Below, piece after piece: positions 38,244 to 51,480 of a stretch of DNA of 64,000 bases (position 1 is its first letter; each line of letters begins with the position of its first letter). The stretch comes from Octopus bimaculoides. Its lineage: Eukaryota. The notes beneath the pieces were generated by a model. That model saw only the letters and a program-made list of their open reading frames with translations, was not told where the DNA came from and ran no database searches. A program made the position numbers and the translations under genes. Where the stretch lies: assembly GCF_001194135.2 (NCBI RefSeq), contig NC_068989.1, forward strand, positions 73,801,339 through 73,865,338. The letters run 5' to 3'.

Positions 38244-38834
38244 GGATCTATTTTAAAAAGGGGGCACCAGTATTTTCTTAACGAAACACTAACGAAACAC
38301 TTTGAAACTTGGGACACTGGTAGAATGTGTCATATAAAACATCTTTTACTCTTAGTCTTCTTAACAAAAAAACGTACATCGCAAGTTATTCCATGTTAAA
38401 GTTGTCGTATTTCTGTAATTTCAACCAATCACTGACGTCTATTCAGCTGAATAGAGTTACGGCTGGGCGGTCATAAAAATGTTATTCCCTGTGACATATT
38501 TCATCCGGTTTAATCGTAATTTATACGCATATATTGTTTATATNNNNNNNNNNAGTTAGGGTTAACAGTCTAGTTAGGGTTAGGGTTAGGGTTAGGGGAT
38601 TAATACGATATACACCGTTACAGCGCTAACTATTTTCAACTGAATAGACGTCAGTGATTAGTAGAAATTATCGAAATAAGACAATTTTTTACATGAAATA
38701 AATTCAAATACAAAAATATTTTTCTGTTCTATAACACAAAATAGATAAGTATACGAAGTTTGAAAGTCTTTCCGTACCAAAAACACTACATAAAACATAA
38801 ATGAAAACTGGCGCCCCCGTTTTAAAATAGATCC
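38244..38834. mobile_element. 591-bp non-autonomous DNA transposon with 8-bp TSD (Merlin-like) and internal (TTAGGG)n
   Basis: 28-bp TIRs GGATCTATTTTAAAAAGGGGGCACCAGT (2 mismatches). Exact TSD GCCATCTC at 38236-38243 and 38835-38842. Inner inverted repeats at 38417-38451/38635-38669; telomeric repeats at 38554-38597. Confidence 0.93.
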
Positions 38835-39149
38835 GCCATCTCTTCCAGCTGTCTTAGCAACCAGTAGTGCGTAGCTGTTTCGTGACGTAAGCTCTGAAGT
38901 TCGATAACAGACGAATGGAATTGATACCTAATCAATAAGTAGCATGCAACGGAATTTGTGTGAAGTAAACTAACTTGAAGATCATCGAAAGTGACTGGGT
39001 AGGAGAATTACCCGGGGATGTCTTCTGCAGTAACAAAAAAAAAAACATGTGGTTAAAGGGAAGGAAGGCTAACGTGTAAGAAAAATAATTATAATTACAC
39101 TTGTAATGTGGAAAAAAATCATTAGGTTGAATGAATAATTCTGGTGAAG

Positions 39150-39890
39150 AGCATTAAGGGAGACAACTTCAGAATAATAATTTGACGATCGAAAATGTCA
39201 TAGCGGCAATACAAATGGAATTAAGACTTGTGAATAACCTCTTTAAATCAAGTTTGGAATTAAAATTTATCGAAGGATGACATCGTATTTCAGTTCTTTC
39301 CGGGTTTGTGGAATTAATTACAATATCAATGGGAACAAACAGATGTTATAAAATGGATGAATAACTCGATTATAGGAGTAGGAATGACTACGAAGTGCGT
39401 GCTTTTGTGTAGATTATAAGTGGCGGGCAAATAAATTCTGCGATACTCTTTAAATCTATGTGAACGCCTCAGTAAGCGCAACACAGTATGTATATTAGTA
39501 ATGCTTATTTCTACCACATTGTAAATCTGAGACATTATGGCTATGTGAAAAACAATAAATCAATGCAATGTTTGGAAGCGACATTAAATGGAAATTTCAA
39601 CAAAAATTGCAGATGAAGCTACGTGTTTGTCTGACTATTGCCATAGTCACAATTATGACTTTGAGATGTGTTTTAAGTTCGACGAATATGACAATAAAGA
39701 TGAATAAAAAATTCCAGTTGTAAATATCTGATGACGTCAACCAGCAGATCAAATACTGGCCTTAAATATATAATATTTATACAAGTAATGTCTCGGGTAC
39801 AAGCTAGGCAATTGAGATTATGTCTAACATCTTTAATGTTGTACACATAACCGAGTCAAGGATACTCTTCGCTAATCAGCAACTGTTCTT
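39150..39890 (+). pseudogene. piggyBac-type transposase fossil
   Basis: Frameshifted LTIENVIA../NGIKTCE*PL*IKFGIKIY matches the IDE..(F/Y)KGR...KP.K(F/Y)GIK motif; downstream SLNLCERLSKRNTVC matches S..L...L....T.C.GT. Confidence 0.5.
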
Positions 39891-39896
39891 CTGGTC

Positions 39897-40212
39897 TTTT
39901 ACTGTTTTCGGTTATTAGATTATGGTCATATTGGGGTACCATCGTGAAGGGTATAATCGATAAAATTGATCCCCATACTTATTCTAAGTCTCGTACTTAC
40001 TCTGCCGGACTCTCTTTGCGGAACCAGTAGTCAAGTGGTGAAGGAAAAATCACCACACACACACACACACACACACACGCATATATATATATATCTTTTA
40101 AAATCATCGGTCCTCTTAGGACTATATTAGTAGACTTACCTCAGATACCGCGCAGTGGAATTGAACCCAAAAGCCTGTGTGTTTGAGAAATAAATTTCTT
40201 AACCACACAGAA
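39897..40212 (-). mobile_element. Diverged SINE family C
   Basis: Same layout as the 56525 copy: 3' domain, internal (CA)n(TA)n, and head gcagtggaattgaaccc...cttaaccacacag. Confidence 0.7.
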
Positions 40213-41790
40213 TGGCTGCACCTATTGCACTAACTACACTTTTTTAAATAATATCGTTCTCTGTGAAATAAATATTTGATTTAACCCTTCGATCTCCATA
40301 CATCAAAACTCAGTCGATTTTAGCTGCTCTCAAAGACAGAAAAGTTGAAGAAAGCCTCTGGTTCTGCTGTCTTATCGTAAACATCAATTGAGCAGTCTGT
40401 AATATAGTCTCTGATGTAGCAAGAACAACTGTAATTGACGTAGGCCAAAAGGGTGAAAGAAAATGCTTGGTGAAACGTTCATGCTTTCATCAAGGTATTC
40501 GTATATAAAACATTTCCAAGCCGGTATCGAAACCAGGTGAAGAACTTGGCTTCGTGACATTTGTCACCGCCATCATCTTATCCAGCGCTCACAACTAATG
40601 AAACAACATTGAATTCGATGTTTTATCGGCAAAAGTTTTCTAAATAGTTTATATAATTTTGGAAGATTATCGTATGATAAGAATCTAGAACAGGTTACTT
40701 GGTGCAAAGCATATTATTGAAAATAACTGAAGCTAAAGCGGTAATAGTTTCTCTCGAAGATATATATTTTTAAACTACTCCCATGCTGAGAAATCATCAA
40801 TAGAAAAGGAATAAAATAGCAAACCAGAGAAATAATACAGAAATATGACCAAGAAAAAATTATAATTATTTTTATAGGTTAACAATACAGGATCCGCGAA
40901 AATATTTCAGTTATTCTGAAAGCTTAAACAATATCATCTACATCATAGTAGTAGTTGATTTTGCTTGGCTGAACTCCTAATATGATAGGAAGCTGGCTAA
41001 AACTAAAATAATGGATTATGCTGTTTTGGCAAACACGTAAATAAATAAATAAATATTTGTTTGCGCGAAGTAAATAAAGCGGAAATTTTTTTAATTAATT
41101 TAACGACTTAGAGTTTATTCCAGTACACTTGTGTTTTGTTCTCGCTGTTATATCTTTCTCGTTAATGAAATATGAAATACAAGACAAAGATAAATCAAAA
41201 GAAATACAAGAGTAATGTTTACTGCTGGGAAGTAGTCTTTTGAAGTAGTTAAACAACATTTAGTCTGTAAATCCTAATATTGTATAATTACACAAAAATT
41301 CTCAGTTAATTTTTGGAAGGATAAATGTCATTAAGAGAAGACGTTGTTTAAATAAGGTTATTTACAGAGTAATTCGAATACAACTATTGAGACGAGTTTA
41401 ACTTGATGAAAGGTCATGGAGAGTAAAACAGGGAAAGGCGAATCAAAAGAAATTCGTAGTTCACCGAATTAAATGCAAGCAGTTTATGAATTCTCTGAAA
41501 CAAATCTGGAGATTAAATGCCAACGCTCTTACCCACCACTTGGCCTCTGAAATACATGCGTCAGCAAGCTAGGATTAGGTGAAAGCCTTATCTAATAGTT
41601 TGGTTACAACCCTTAGTTTAGCTCTGAAGGTTTGCCATAAGTTCATGTAATGTTTTATAATTGCAATCAAAATGATCGAGTGACCACAAGATACTTCAAG
41701 ATACTTCAAGATACCTTCAGCCTACAACTGCTGCTTTAAATATTCCTGAAAGCTCATGCCTCTCTACAGTATATCAATAGAACAGCAAAA

Positions 41791-42003
41791 CCCTTCGTCA
41801 TTATATCATTTAGATCATCTGTGCCAATTAATTCTTAAAATTATGAAGAATTTAGTAAAATAACTTCGTCATTATTAAGCTAGTGTTTGGAACAAAACAT
41901 TTATGTGAAATTTTGACGGAATGTTATTAGATTACTTCAAAACAGAAAGTTTGTATCACAGAACAAGGGCCAATCTCAGATCGGCTGATATCAAAAGGCT
42001 TAA
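41791..42003. mobile_element. piggyBac-like MITE (~210 bp), degraded
   Basis: Left end aaaa-CCCTTCG, right end AAAAGGC-TTAA: degenerate CCC..GGG/TTAA geometry. Confidence 0.55.
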
Positions 42004-43528
42004 AACCTGATTTAAATTTGTTTACTAAAAGTACTCAACTCCAATTGAGAAGAGTTTGAAGAGTAAAAGCAATAAATCATACAAGAGCAGTCAGTTATTT
42101 AATGAAATAGACAGATATAAGTTATCCGGTGCTCTAGTTTAATTTGAACTTTTTAACAATATCAATGGATTCATATTTCTTGTAGGACAAGACAAGCTCA
42201 ACTAAAATTTGGGTATTTAAACACCTTGTTTAATATTGAAAATCAGTAAAACTTTTCGTGTCAGAAAATTTTGCTTCTGAACTGAGAATCCTGAGTGGAT
42301 CCGTACAAATTTCTTCAAGCGAACGCTTAATCCTAAAATATCAAGTTTAAAGCCAGGAGATGCACGTATATAAGTAAAATCGTTTTAAAATTCAGCAATG
42401 TTATTCTACATCGTGTAATTTGGGTCATTAAATAAGGTGTTTCCAGTAGTCGTCTAAGCGGTTGTGTTCCTCACCTCCGTTCGATTCTGGCTCGTTAACA
42501 TTACATTACCTTGCCTGAATTCAGTTTTCCTAATTGTTCTACGTGAATGTCAGTCATTAATTTCTTTTTCTATCAAATAGAATCAGAGGCGACACAAGAA
42601 CTAAAGGGCCGTAAGGCGGTAATTCGAAACTTTACATAGTTAACAATTAATACTCAACTAAAAAACACTGCTACATCTAAAGACAGCAAAGGATTCCATT
42701 AAAACAGCATGTAGTTCTTAATTAAGCAAATAAATCATTCTTTGTTGAGTTTAGAAAAGATACAGAAAATAAAGAGTGCAGGGAAATTCTTCTAGATTTA
42801 AAAGAAACGGCAGTTTGTAATAAAGCACGCCTTTTGCTTGTAAATCATAGCTGATAAGTTTCATTAAAGAAATAGAAAAAAAAAAGACTTCGATTCGAGA
42901 AGAACTTGCTTCTGTTAGGCATGCATACATTATGTTTCAGTGTCAATGACGTAGAATTTATAAATTATTTCACTTAGCTTATATGAAGCGAGTAACATAA
43001 TCATTGCAGCGTATAGCAAATGAGAAGAATATATATATTGTGTATTGCAACTAGTCTTCTTATCTGTCTTTCCATAAGATGAAATCTATCAACTAAATGT
43101 GTCACGAGATTTCATGACATTAATGGTGATACTCAAATTCTTAGAGAATGGACAGATGTCTTGCAAACAACTCGCACATGCAAGTGCTACCAGTCGAGAA
43201 CTCCGCATACTGGAAGCTAGCAAGTGTACGGGGTCATCAGGAGAGAATGCGCGCCGTTTCGGGGCCTACCTCTCGACAGCATCAATGCGCCCCCCCCTCA
43301 CTGATATGAGGCCCCGTTTGCTAGATCAACTGGTTATTAAAAACAAAGCTCAACTGGTTATTCAAAACACACATTCAGCTCTATTATCTCTTTGGAAAGT
43401 AAGAAAAACAAATTTAGTAACCCGTTGTAATAGGCTATCAGAATTATGCAGTTAATAGCGGAATGATAATGTCTAGTACTGATTACATCCTGTCACATGA
43501 GAATTACTTGTCAATGAATAAATATATG

Positions 43529-43743
43529 CTTTTCTAATCTAGGTAGAAGGCCTGACATTTTGTGGGGATGGGGGAGTCGATTAGTTCGATTCCAGTACGC
43601 AACTGGCATTTAATTTATCGACCCTGAAAGGATGAGAGGCAAAGTCGATCTCGGCGGAATTTGAACTCACAACGTAGCGGCAGACGAAATCCCGCTAAGC
43701 ATTTCGCCCGGCGTGCTAACGTTTCTGCCATCTCACCGCCTTA
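43529..43743 (-). mobile_element. SINE family A, short-tail, full length
   Basis: Complete head taaggcggtgagatggcagaaacgttagcacgccgggcg, with core and tail present. Confidence 0.88.
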
Positions 43744-44001
43744 AATCTGAATTGATATTGTTAACTGTATCGCGACTTGAGCTTCCTGGCAGCATACGTC
43801 TTGCACCTCAGTGTATATCAGAAATTAGAACCAATATTTTATTTATATTTTTACGATTTCAAAGTTCTTATTTTTTAAATTTGTACTCTTTAAATATTTC
43901 GGAAACATTTTAACCGGTAATTACTCCAGAGAAGATTCATTTAAACCTTTCATAAACACACTGAAACAGTTAACTTGATTGTTTATTATTTAGTGTCAAA
44001 A

Positions 44002-44640
44002 CGGCGGTGAGCTGGCGGAAACATTAGCACGCCGGGCGAAATGCTTAGCAGTTTTTCGTCTGTGTTTATGTTCTGAGTTCAAATTCTGCCGAGGTCGACT
44101 TTACCTTTCACCCTTTCGGGGTCGATAAATCAAGTACCAGTTGCGTACTGGGTTGATGTAATCGACTGGCCCCCTCCTCCAAAGTCTCGGGCTTTGTGCC
44201 TAGAGTTTAAAAGAGAGTCGTTAGCACGCTGGGCAAAATGCTTAGCGGTATTTCGTATATCGCTAAGTTCTGAGTTCAAATTTTGCTGGGGTCGACTTTG
44301 CTTTTCATACTTTCAGGGTGGATAAATTAAGTATCCATATAGTACTGGGATCGATGTAATTGATTTTAATCCCTCCCTCAAATTTCAGGCTTTGTGCCTA
44401 TAGTAGAAAGGATTATTCAATGTCAAAAGGACAGTGTGCAGGTAGAATCGCTACCCCAGCAAATTTAGCAGCATTTATTCCGAAGACTTTACGTTCTGAC
44501 ATCAAATTCCGACGAGGTCAACTTCCATCCTTTCGAGTCGTTAAGATAAAGTACCTGCCAAGTACTGGGTCGATGTAATCGACAAGTCGCCCACCACCAC
44601 TGCAAATCGCTTACCTTGTGGTAAAATTTGAACGAATTAT
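44002..44640 (+). mobile_element. Three tandem SINE family A units
   Basis: Units at about 44002-44212, 44213-44415 (head-truncated, starting gagagtcgttagcac) and 44437-44640. Confidence 0.85.
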
Positions 44641-45010
44641 TTCGTGACAAAATTTTCATCTCACTGTCTGCGTGCGACTTGGTCACTGATACAGTTCCAC
44701 TTTTATAAAAAATCAAGTTCAAGTTTGATTGCAAACAGGAATTGAACTGAGAATCGCAAATTTAGTATATAAAGGGAGAGATAAAAGAAAATATGTAGCC
44801 TGGTACTCTACTTTAAAGCACTGACTAATCCTCATCACCCATGGCTGAATTTGTAATGGTTTCTTCTGACTTCTAAACTACAAAAATCTTAGCCGACATA
44901 GTATGGGACATAAATAGTTCGCAAACAATTTCAGTGATTTTGCTTGTAATGAAGAATGAAAAAAACACACGTTTCGGTCACTTGTCCAATTTCTGAGAAA
45001 GAGAGATGGG

Positions 45011-45054
<44 letters not shown>

Positions 45055-48000
45055 ACTAAAGATGCGGCGAAAGGAAATTTATAGCCTCGTTTATAAAAAC
45101 TATAGAACAGCCAAGCTTTGAATAAAAATTTCAGTGAGGTTATTGTTTTCTGCTGGAGTAGCAACAACACTACGTAATTAATAAGAGTTTCAGTGGAATA
45201 CGCTCCTGAATGAAATCTTTCAGTAAGTATAGCCAAAAGATGAATTGTCACTCACTGGTTTCATCTATATTCCCAAATGTACAATTGTAGTAGCCATGGT
45301 TATATCTGTATTTCTGATTTAAAAAAAAATGGTAATGATAATGGGTTTGGGTTAATTGCTTCATGAAATATAATTGCTCTCAACAGTTTAGAAGGAAATT
45401 AAATAGCCTTCGGAGAGTTAGCCTGGTTATATTTTCCTCAGGAGCAATAAAAATATTAACTTATGAATTAATATTTTTTAATATAGGAGTAATAACCTAA
45501 ATAGTCTCGTCGCATTTATAACAGACGCATACCCACAGGGTTCTGTAATTATCTTTTCTGCAAAAAGAGTATTGTAAAATAGAAAATATGTTTTAAAAAA
45601 AAAAACTTTGAGTAATGCGGGTGAGAAGGTTGGCAAATTGTGTAATAAATATAAATGAGTAGATATTGTATTAATTTCCGTAGGTTGTTTAATGGTTCTA
45701 TAATATTTCGGGAAGGATTCCCTTTATCAAATATAAGAACGAAAAATAGATTATGAACAGTGATTCAAATGCCCTTACTTTTTAGTAGAACACAGTGGTT
45801 ATTAGAAGAATATATACAGTCTCGCTGCCAAGATCTTCCAGTAGACATGTTAAGACCCAGATTAGGAGTTCTGTTGTGAAATACGCGCTGCAAGTGACGG
45901 GAGAAATTTGTGAAGTAATCTGTATAGTTTACAAGGAAGGATGAAATGAAATGTCAAATCTGAAGACCAAATCTAATGGACGCACAATATTATTGCATGT
46001 GTAACAAGACAAAAATAGATTGTGAATATGGAAGAGGGAGATGAGTATAAGTAAGGTTGTGCATGCGTCTGTGTTTCTGTGTGCACCTGTGTATTTGTGA
46101 ATTTGTTATCTCGTTCAGTACAAAATCCAGTCAGTAAACATTACATTTCCGCTTCGAATATCGATATTGGTGTCTATAGTAAATAAATCATCCGAAGATG
46201 GCAAAACTGATAACGTCAGCCATGAATAATGGTGAATATGTAAAATAGGCAAAAGTGATCTGAAGAGTAAAATCTGAGCTTGGCATCTGCATTAATTCCC
46301 ATGACAAAATAAGTTACATAAAGGATTGCTGCGGGGATGCGCAAGATATGGAGATTACTCAGTAATTAATGCAGATAGTGGAACTCGGATATATTTCAGT
46401 CGGATATATATAGTGGAGATCTCTGTCGAGATCTCTGTTGAGTATGACAGAATTGAAGGTGATGACTGGGCAGAATCGTAGAGTGATGGATAGACTGTAT
46501 CATCGTATTTGTTTGGATTCAGTTCGTATTCGCTTCATATCCCATCCGAGTTAATTTTAATTTCATTTTTCGGTTCGATAAAGCAGTACTAAACCAGACG
46601 GCAGCTCTTGTACCAGTCATAAAACTGAATTATTTCTCATGAACAAGGTCTGCAGCACGACGTGAGGAGAGTTGCATGTTTAAAAAACAATTAAAACATA
46701 CACTTGCCTAGGTCTGTGCATACAGGTACAGAAATATACTTTATGCTGACAAATAAAGGCTCTATCTGGTAAAATTGAATATAAGCTTCCGAAAAACCAA
46801 GATGGAATCCCATTTCGATTTTTCATTAGAGCTCTTTTAATTTACTGACGTTGCTGTTTCTCCATAGATAAAGTGTCAAACACCAATTTTCAATGGATCA
46901 CAGTTGGGAACTGAGGCTGCTAAGCTAAGTTATGGCTGTTATACATCTTACAATGAGATGGGTGACCTTATGACCTTAGCCTAAGAAAGTTGATTCCAAG
47001 CAGCAATAAAAGCCAGCTGAATTAGTAGGCTCAAATGAAGCCCGCGTTTTCACTCTCTTCTTTACCTTTATAATCTAAAGTTTCAGTTATTCATATTTTA
47101 TATGAAATTATTTTTATCATTGGCATAAAACCAGTTTTTATTGGGAGAAGTGCATTCGATTGCATTGATCGAGCAGTCTATTACTGATTGTTATCGATTC
47201 TAATGGGATTTACATTCGGAGTTTATAATTCCAAAAGTAAAATGGTGAAGGTATTTACTTCGTCGCTTCGCTGTATCTGCCAAATCAGCAGCTTTCTTCT
47301 ATCTCATTGATTCACTTTATCATTTCCTTAATTCATTCTTCCTCCTATTCTTTGCATTCTCTTTTATGTTCGTTCGGATTCACCAATTGTAATTCAATAA
47401 CAAGGACATGCAAATTGTTAACTAAAAAGAAAAAAAATACAGACCTGAATGAAGGAGAGGAATGACACAACAACAACAACGATGACAAGACCCAGCATAA
47501 CATTACTACTGCATCCTTTACCTTATTGAATATGGATGCTCAAAACACAATAACTCCAACAACAAGAAGAACAACAACAACAAGCGAAATCAATAACATT
47601 TAAAGACGTTACGTGACAATATAATTATGGCGATGAAGCTGATCGTTAATCGAAGTCTATTGTAAGAAGAATTTCTATGAAATCGCCTAATTTTCTTCCA
47701 GCATCGCCTTTTCTTTCTATACACTGGGTTCCTAGAATTATTGATTAATTAATTGATTGGTTAATTGATTTTGTTTGCATAACAGAGCAACATAATGTAA
47801 GAGAGATACTGTTGTTTAAAACTAAGATTGTGCGAAGAAGGTGGGGGATAACCTCACCAGACATGTTACAAAATCAACGAGGACGGAGTCTTTTCGCCTC
47901 TATGTATTCACTCCACATCCCAGAAGCAGCAAGTTATTGCTCCTTCGAATCACATTTCTACTCTATTAGAAAACCCGGGCACGTTTGATGAGGTGGTCAT

Positions 48001-48112
48001 GAGTGTATTGTGTTAGAGGGAAAAGTGATGGAGTGGCCACGGTTGGAATGCATTCGGCTGTATGTCTGATCAGTTCAGGGTAGGTCGCGGACTAATCAAC
48101 AACAAGTAAAAC

Positions 48113-48151
<39 letters not shown>

Positions 48152-48279
48152 AAGTCGATGTGTATCGGTAAAAGATATAAACATCAGTGAGAAAGATAGA
48201 AACCAATGTCACCTCTTCTTGTTACCCTCGGTGTCGGAAATATAGCGAATAAATGATTGGCCACTTTTGTTCACAGACT

Positions 48280-48357
<78 letters not shown>

Positions 48358-48589
48358 CACACGCACACACACACACACGCAAACACATATATATATATAT
48401 ACAGATAGATAGATATACATACATAAACAAATATTCTAATATGCCTAAAGAAAGGAGCAGTCAGTGGCCTTTGCGTTGTTGCGTATCATATCTTCTTGTT
48501 AAATTTTGATGTCTTGCTTGAGGCACAGAAACACCAATTCATGGACGAGCAAAAGTAGATGAGCAACGACAAAGAAAATCATTGGAGCT

Positions 48590-48770
48590 ATCTGTTCCGA
48601 CTGTTTATGTTCTGAGTTCAAATCTCGCTGAAATCAACTTTGCCATTGTTTTTCATCCTTTTGGAGTCAGTAAACTGTAGAAATAGCCAGTCAAATACAG
48701 GAGTCAATTGACGCGACGAAACCTTTTCCCAATAAGTTTTCTGGCCTTGAGTCTATGCTAGAAACAATAA
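48590..48770 (+). mobile_element. Degraded SINE family A
   Basis: gttctgagttcaaatctcgctgaaatcaactttgcc, with tail ggccttgagtctatgctagaaac. Confidence 0.6.
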
Positions 48771-50392
48771 TACGAAGTACAAATCGTGGTTGTTTGTTAA
48801 CGTTTACGTCTAGATCGGTGTATTTCGAGCATATCAAGTGACCGTATACAAATTTTTCATCAACAGTTATGACGTTCACATGTCGTTGTTGTTTAGCCTT
48901 AATCATATCTAAATAAAACAGCCTTCTGATCCAACACTTTCCAGCTGTTACCGTCACGTCATTCTTTTCGTAGACATACTGTGTGTGTCGTGTGCGTGCG
49001 CACGCGTGTGTGTGTGCAGTCATCTATCTATCTAGCTAGCTAGCTAGCTAGCCATGTATGCATGCATATATATATATATATATATANNNNNNNNNNNNNN
49101 NNNNNNNNNNNNNNNNNNNNNNNNNNNNNNNNNNNNNNNNNNNNNNNNNNNNNNNNNNNNNNNNNNNNNNNNNNNNNNNNNNNNNNNNNNNNNNNNNNNN
49201 NNNNNNNNNNNNNNNNNNNNNNNNNNNNNNNNNNNNNNNNNNNNNNNNNNNNNNNNNNNNNNNNNNNNNNNNNNNNNNNNNNNNNNNNNNNNNNNNNNNN
49301 NNNNNNNNNNNNNNNNNNNNNNNNNNNNNNNNNNNNNNNNNNNNNNNNNNNNNNNNNNNNNNNNNNNNNNNNNNNNNNNNNNNNNNNNNNNNNNNNNNNN
49401 NNNNNNNNNNNNNNNNNNNNNNNNNNNNNNNNNNNNNNNNNNNNNNNNNNNNNNNNNNNNNNNNNNNNNNNNNNNNNNNNNNNNNNNNNNNNNNNNNNNN
49501 NNNNNNNNNNNNNNNNNNNNNNNNNNNNNNNNNNNNNNNNNNNNNNNNNNNNNNNNNNNNNNNNNNNNNNNNNNNNNNNNNNNNNNNNNNNNNNNNNNNN
49601 NNNNNNNNNNNNNNNNNNNNNNNNNNNNNCAATAGACCAACTGAGTAAACCTATCAGTAATGTATGTATAATGACTACTGGAAACAACTGTAAGCCAAAT
49701 TTGCTCCAGTAACGGAAAAATATGTAATGACTATCATTTTTAACTTGCATATATATATATATATATATATAAAGTAAAAGAAAAACATGAAATAATCCAA
49801 AGAACAACAAGATCGAGACCTCTCATTATGACTATAACATTTAAGTAAACCGGTTTAATATAGGATTCAACCCAATTAATTTTTTGTCTTAATTTCCTTC
49901 TGTTTATGTCTCTGATCTCTAATCTACGTCAGTTTTCTTGCAGTCACATCTGCTGACCTTAATCGGTTAGCAAACACAGATCAATAGAGTATTATTGAGC
50001 TGGATGACTGGATGAAGTGGGTAAAAGCACAAAAAAAAAAAAGAAAGACGAATAGAAAATAACGAAGGATTTCGTTAATCTTATTTATGAATGTGATTTG
50101 TTAACATTATCAAATGCCGAGGAAAACCCAATTTATCGTTTTTAATTCATTTAAAAATCGTCTTTCGTTTCTATACTTATACACACCCACACATACATAC
50201 ACGGATGCATACCTATGTTGTACATTCACACGCACGTAATTATGTATCTGCGAAGATATATATATATACATACACATTTATATATGCATTTATATAACTA
50301 CATAGACAAATGTATGTATGTATGTATGTATATATGTATACATGTATGTATACATGTATGTATGTATATATATATATATATGTATGTATGTA

Positions 50393-50480
<88 letters not shown>

Positions 50481-50481
<1 letters not shown>

Positions 50482-50593
50482 TCTTTTACTTGTTTCAGTC
50501 ATTTTACTGTGGCCATGCTGGAGCACCGCCTTTAGTCGAGCAAATCGACCCCAGGACTTATTCTTTGTAAGCCTAGTACTTATTCTATCGGAC
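50481..50593 (-). mobile_element. SINE family C 3' part, running into a gap
   Basis: Near-identical to 56525-56635 (cttttacttgtttcagtc...gagcaccgcctttagtcgagcaaatcgaccccaggac). Confidence 0.85.
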
Positions 50594-51108
50594 NNNNNNN
50601 NNNNNNNNNNNNNNNNNNNNNNNNNNNNNNNNNNNNNNNNNNNNNNNNNNNNNNNNNNNNNNNNNNNNNNNNNNNNNNNNNNNNNNNNNNNNNNNNNNNN
50701 NNNNNNNNNNNNNNNNNNNNNNNNNNNNNNNNNNNNNNNNNNNNNNNNNNNNNNNNNNNNNNNNNNNNNNNNNNNNNNNNNNNNNNNNNNNNNNNNNNNN
50801 NNNNNNNNNNNNNNNNNNNNNNNNNNNNNNNNNNNNNNNNNNNNNNNNNNNNNNNNNNNNNNNNNNNNNNNNNNNNNNNNNNNNNNNNNNNNNNNNNNNN
50901 NNNNNNNNNNNNNNNNNNNNNNNNNNNNNNNNNNNNNNNNNNNNNNNNNNNNNNNNNNNNNNNNNNNNNNNNNNNNNNNNNNNNNNNNNNNNNNNNNNNN
51001 NNNNNNNNNNNNNNNNNNNNNNNNNNNNNNNNNNNNNNNNNNNNNNNNNNNNNNNNNNNNNNNNNNNNTAGCACGCCGGGCGAAATGCTTAGCGGTAATT
51101 CGTCTTCC

Positions 51109-51350
51109 CACGGGCACATGGCGTAGTGGTTAAGAGCGCGGGCTACTAACCCCAAGATTCCGAGTTCGATTCCAAGCAGTGATTTGAATAATAATAATAA
51201 TAATAATAACCTCGAAAAATACCTTAGGAATGAGAACCCAGGTTCGAAATTTCCCCAAGACACCTGATGAAGGCTGGGGGGTATATCAGCCGAAACGTTG
51301 TGTTAACAACAAACAAAATGAGGACAAATATCCGCCAAATGTAAATAATA
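51109..51350 (+). mobile_element. tRNA-headed SINE-like element (family D) with a Penelope-type, hammerhead-bearing 3' region
   Basis: Perfect A box TGGCGTAGTGG (51119-51129) and B box GAGTTCGATTCC (51162-51173), (TAA)n linker, hammerhead at 51259-51304. It abuts a truncated family A head at 51069-51106. Confidence 0.75.
51259..51304 (+). ncRNA. Minimal type-I hammerhead ribozyme
   Basis: GACAC-CUGAUGA-A-GGCUG-(10-nt loop)-CAGCC-GAAAC-GUU-GUGUU. Canonical core, helix I GACAC/GUGUU, helix II 5 bp, palindromic ACGU helix III; predicted cleavage after 51299. Confidence 0.8.
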
Positions 51351-51480
51351 TACTGTACTAATCCCAAGGATACCGACTCTGACGTCAAAATCATCTGATT
51401 TGTGGAAACGTGCGTAGCAATGTATGAAATATTTATAAATACCATACTAGAATTATTGTTATTATTATTATTATATATAA

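Noticed and set aside
44960-45000. Minus-strand ...gaccGAAACGTG as a hammerhead remnant
   Set aside because: No core or helix II partner.
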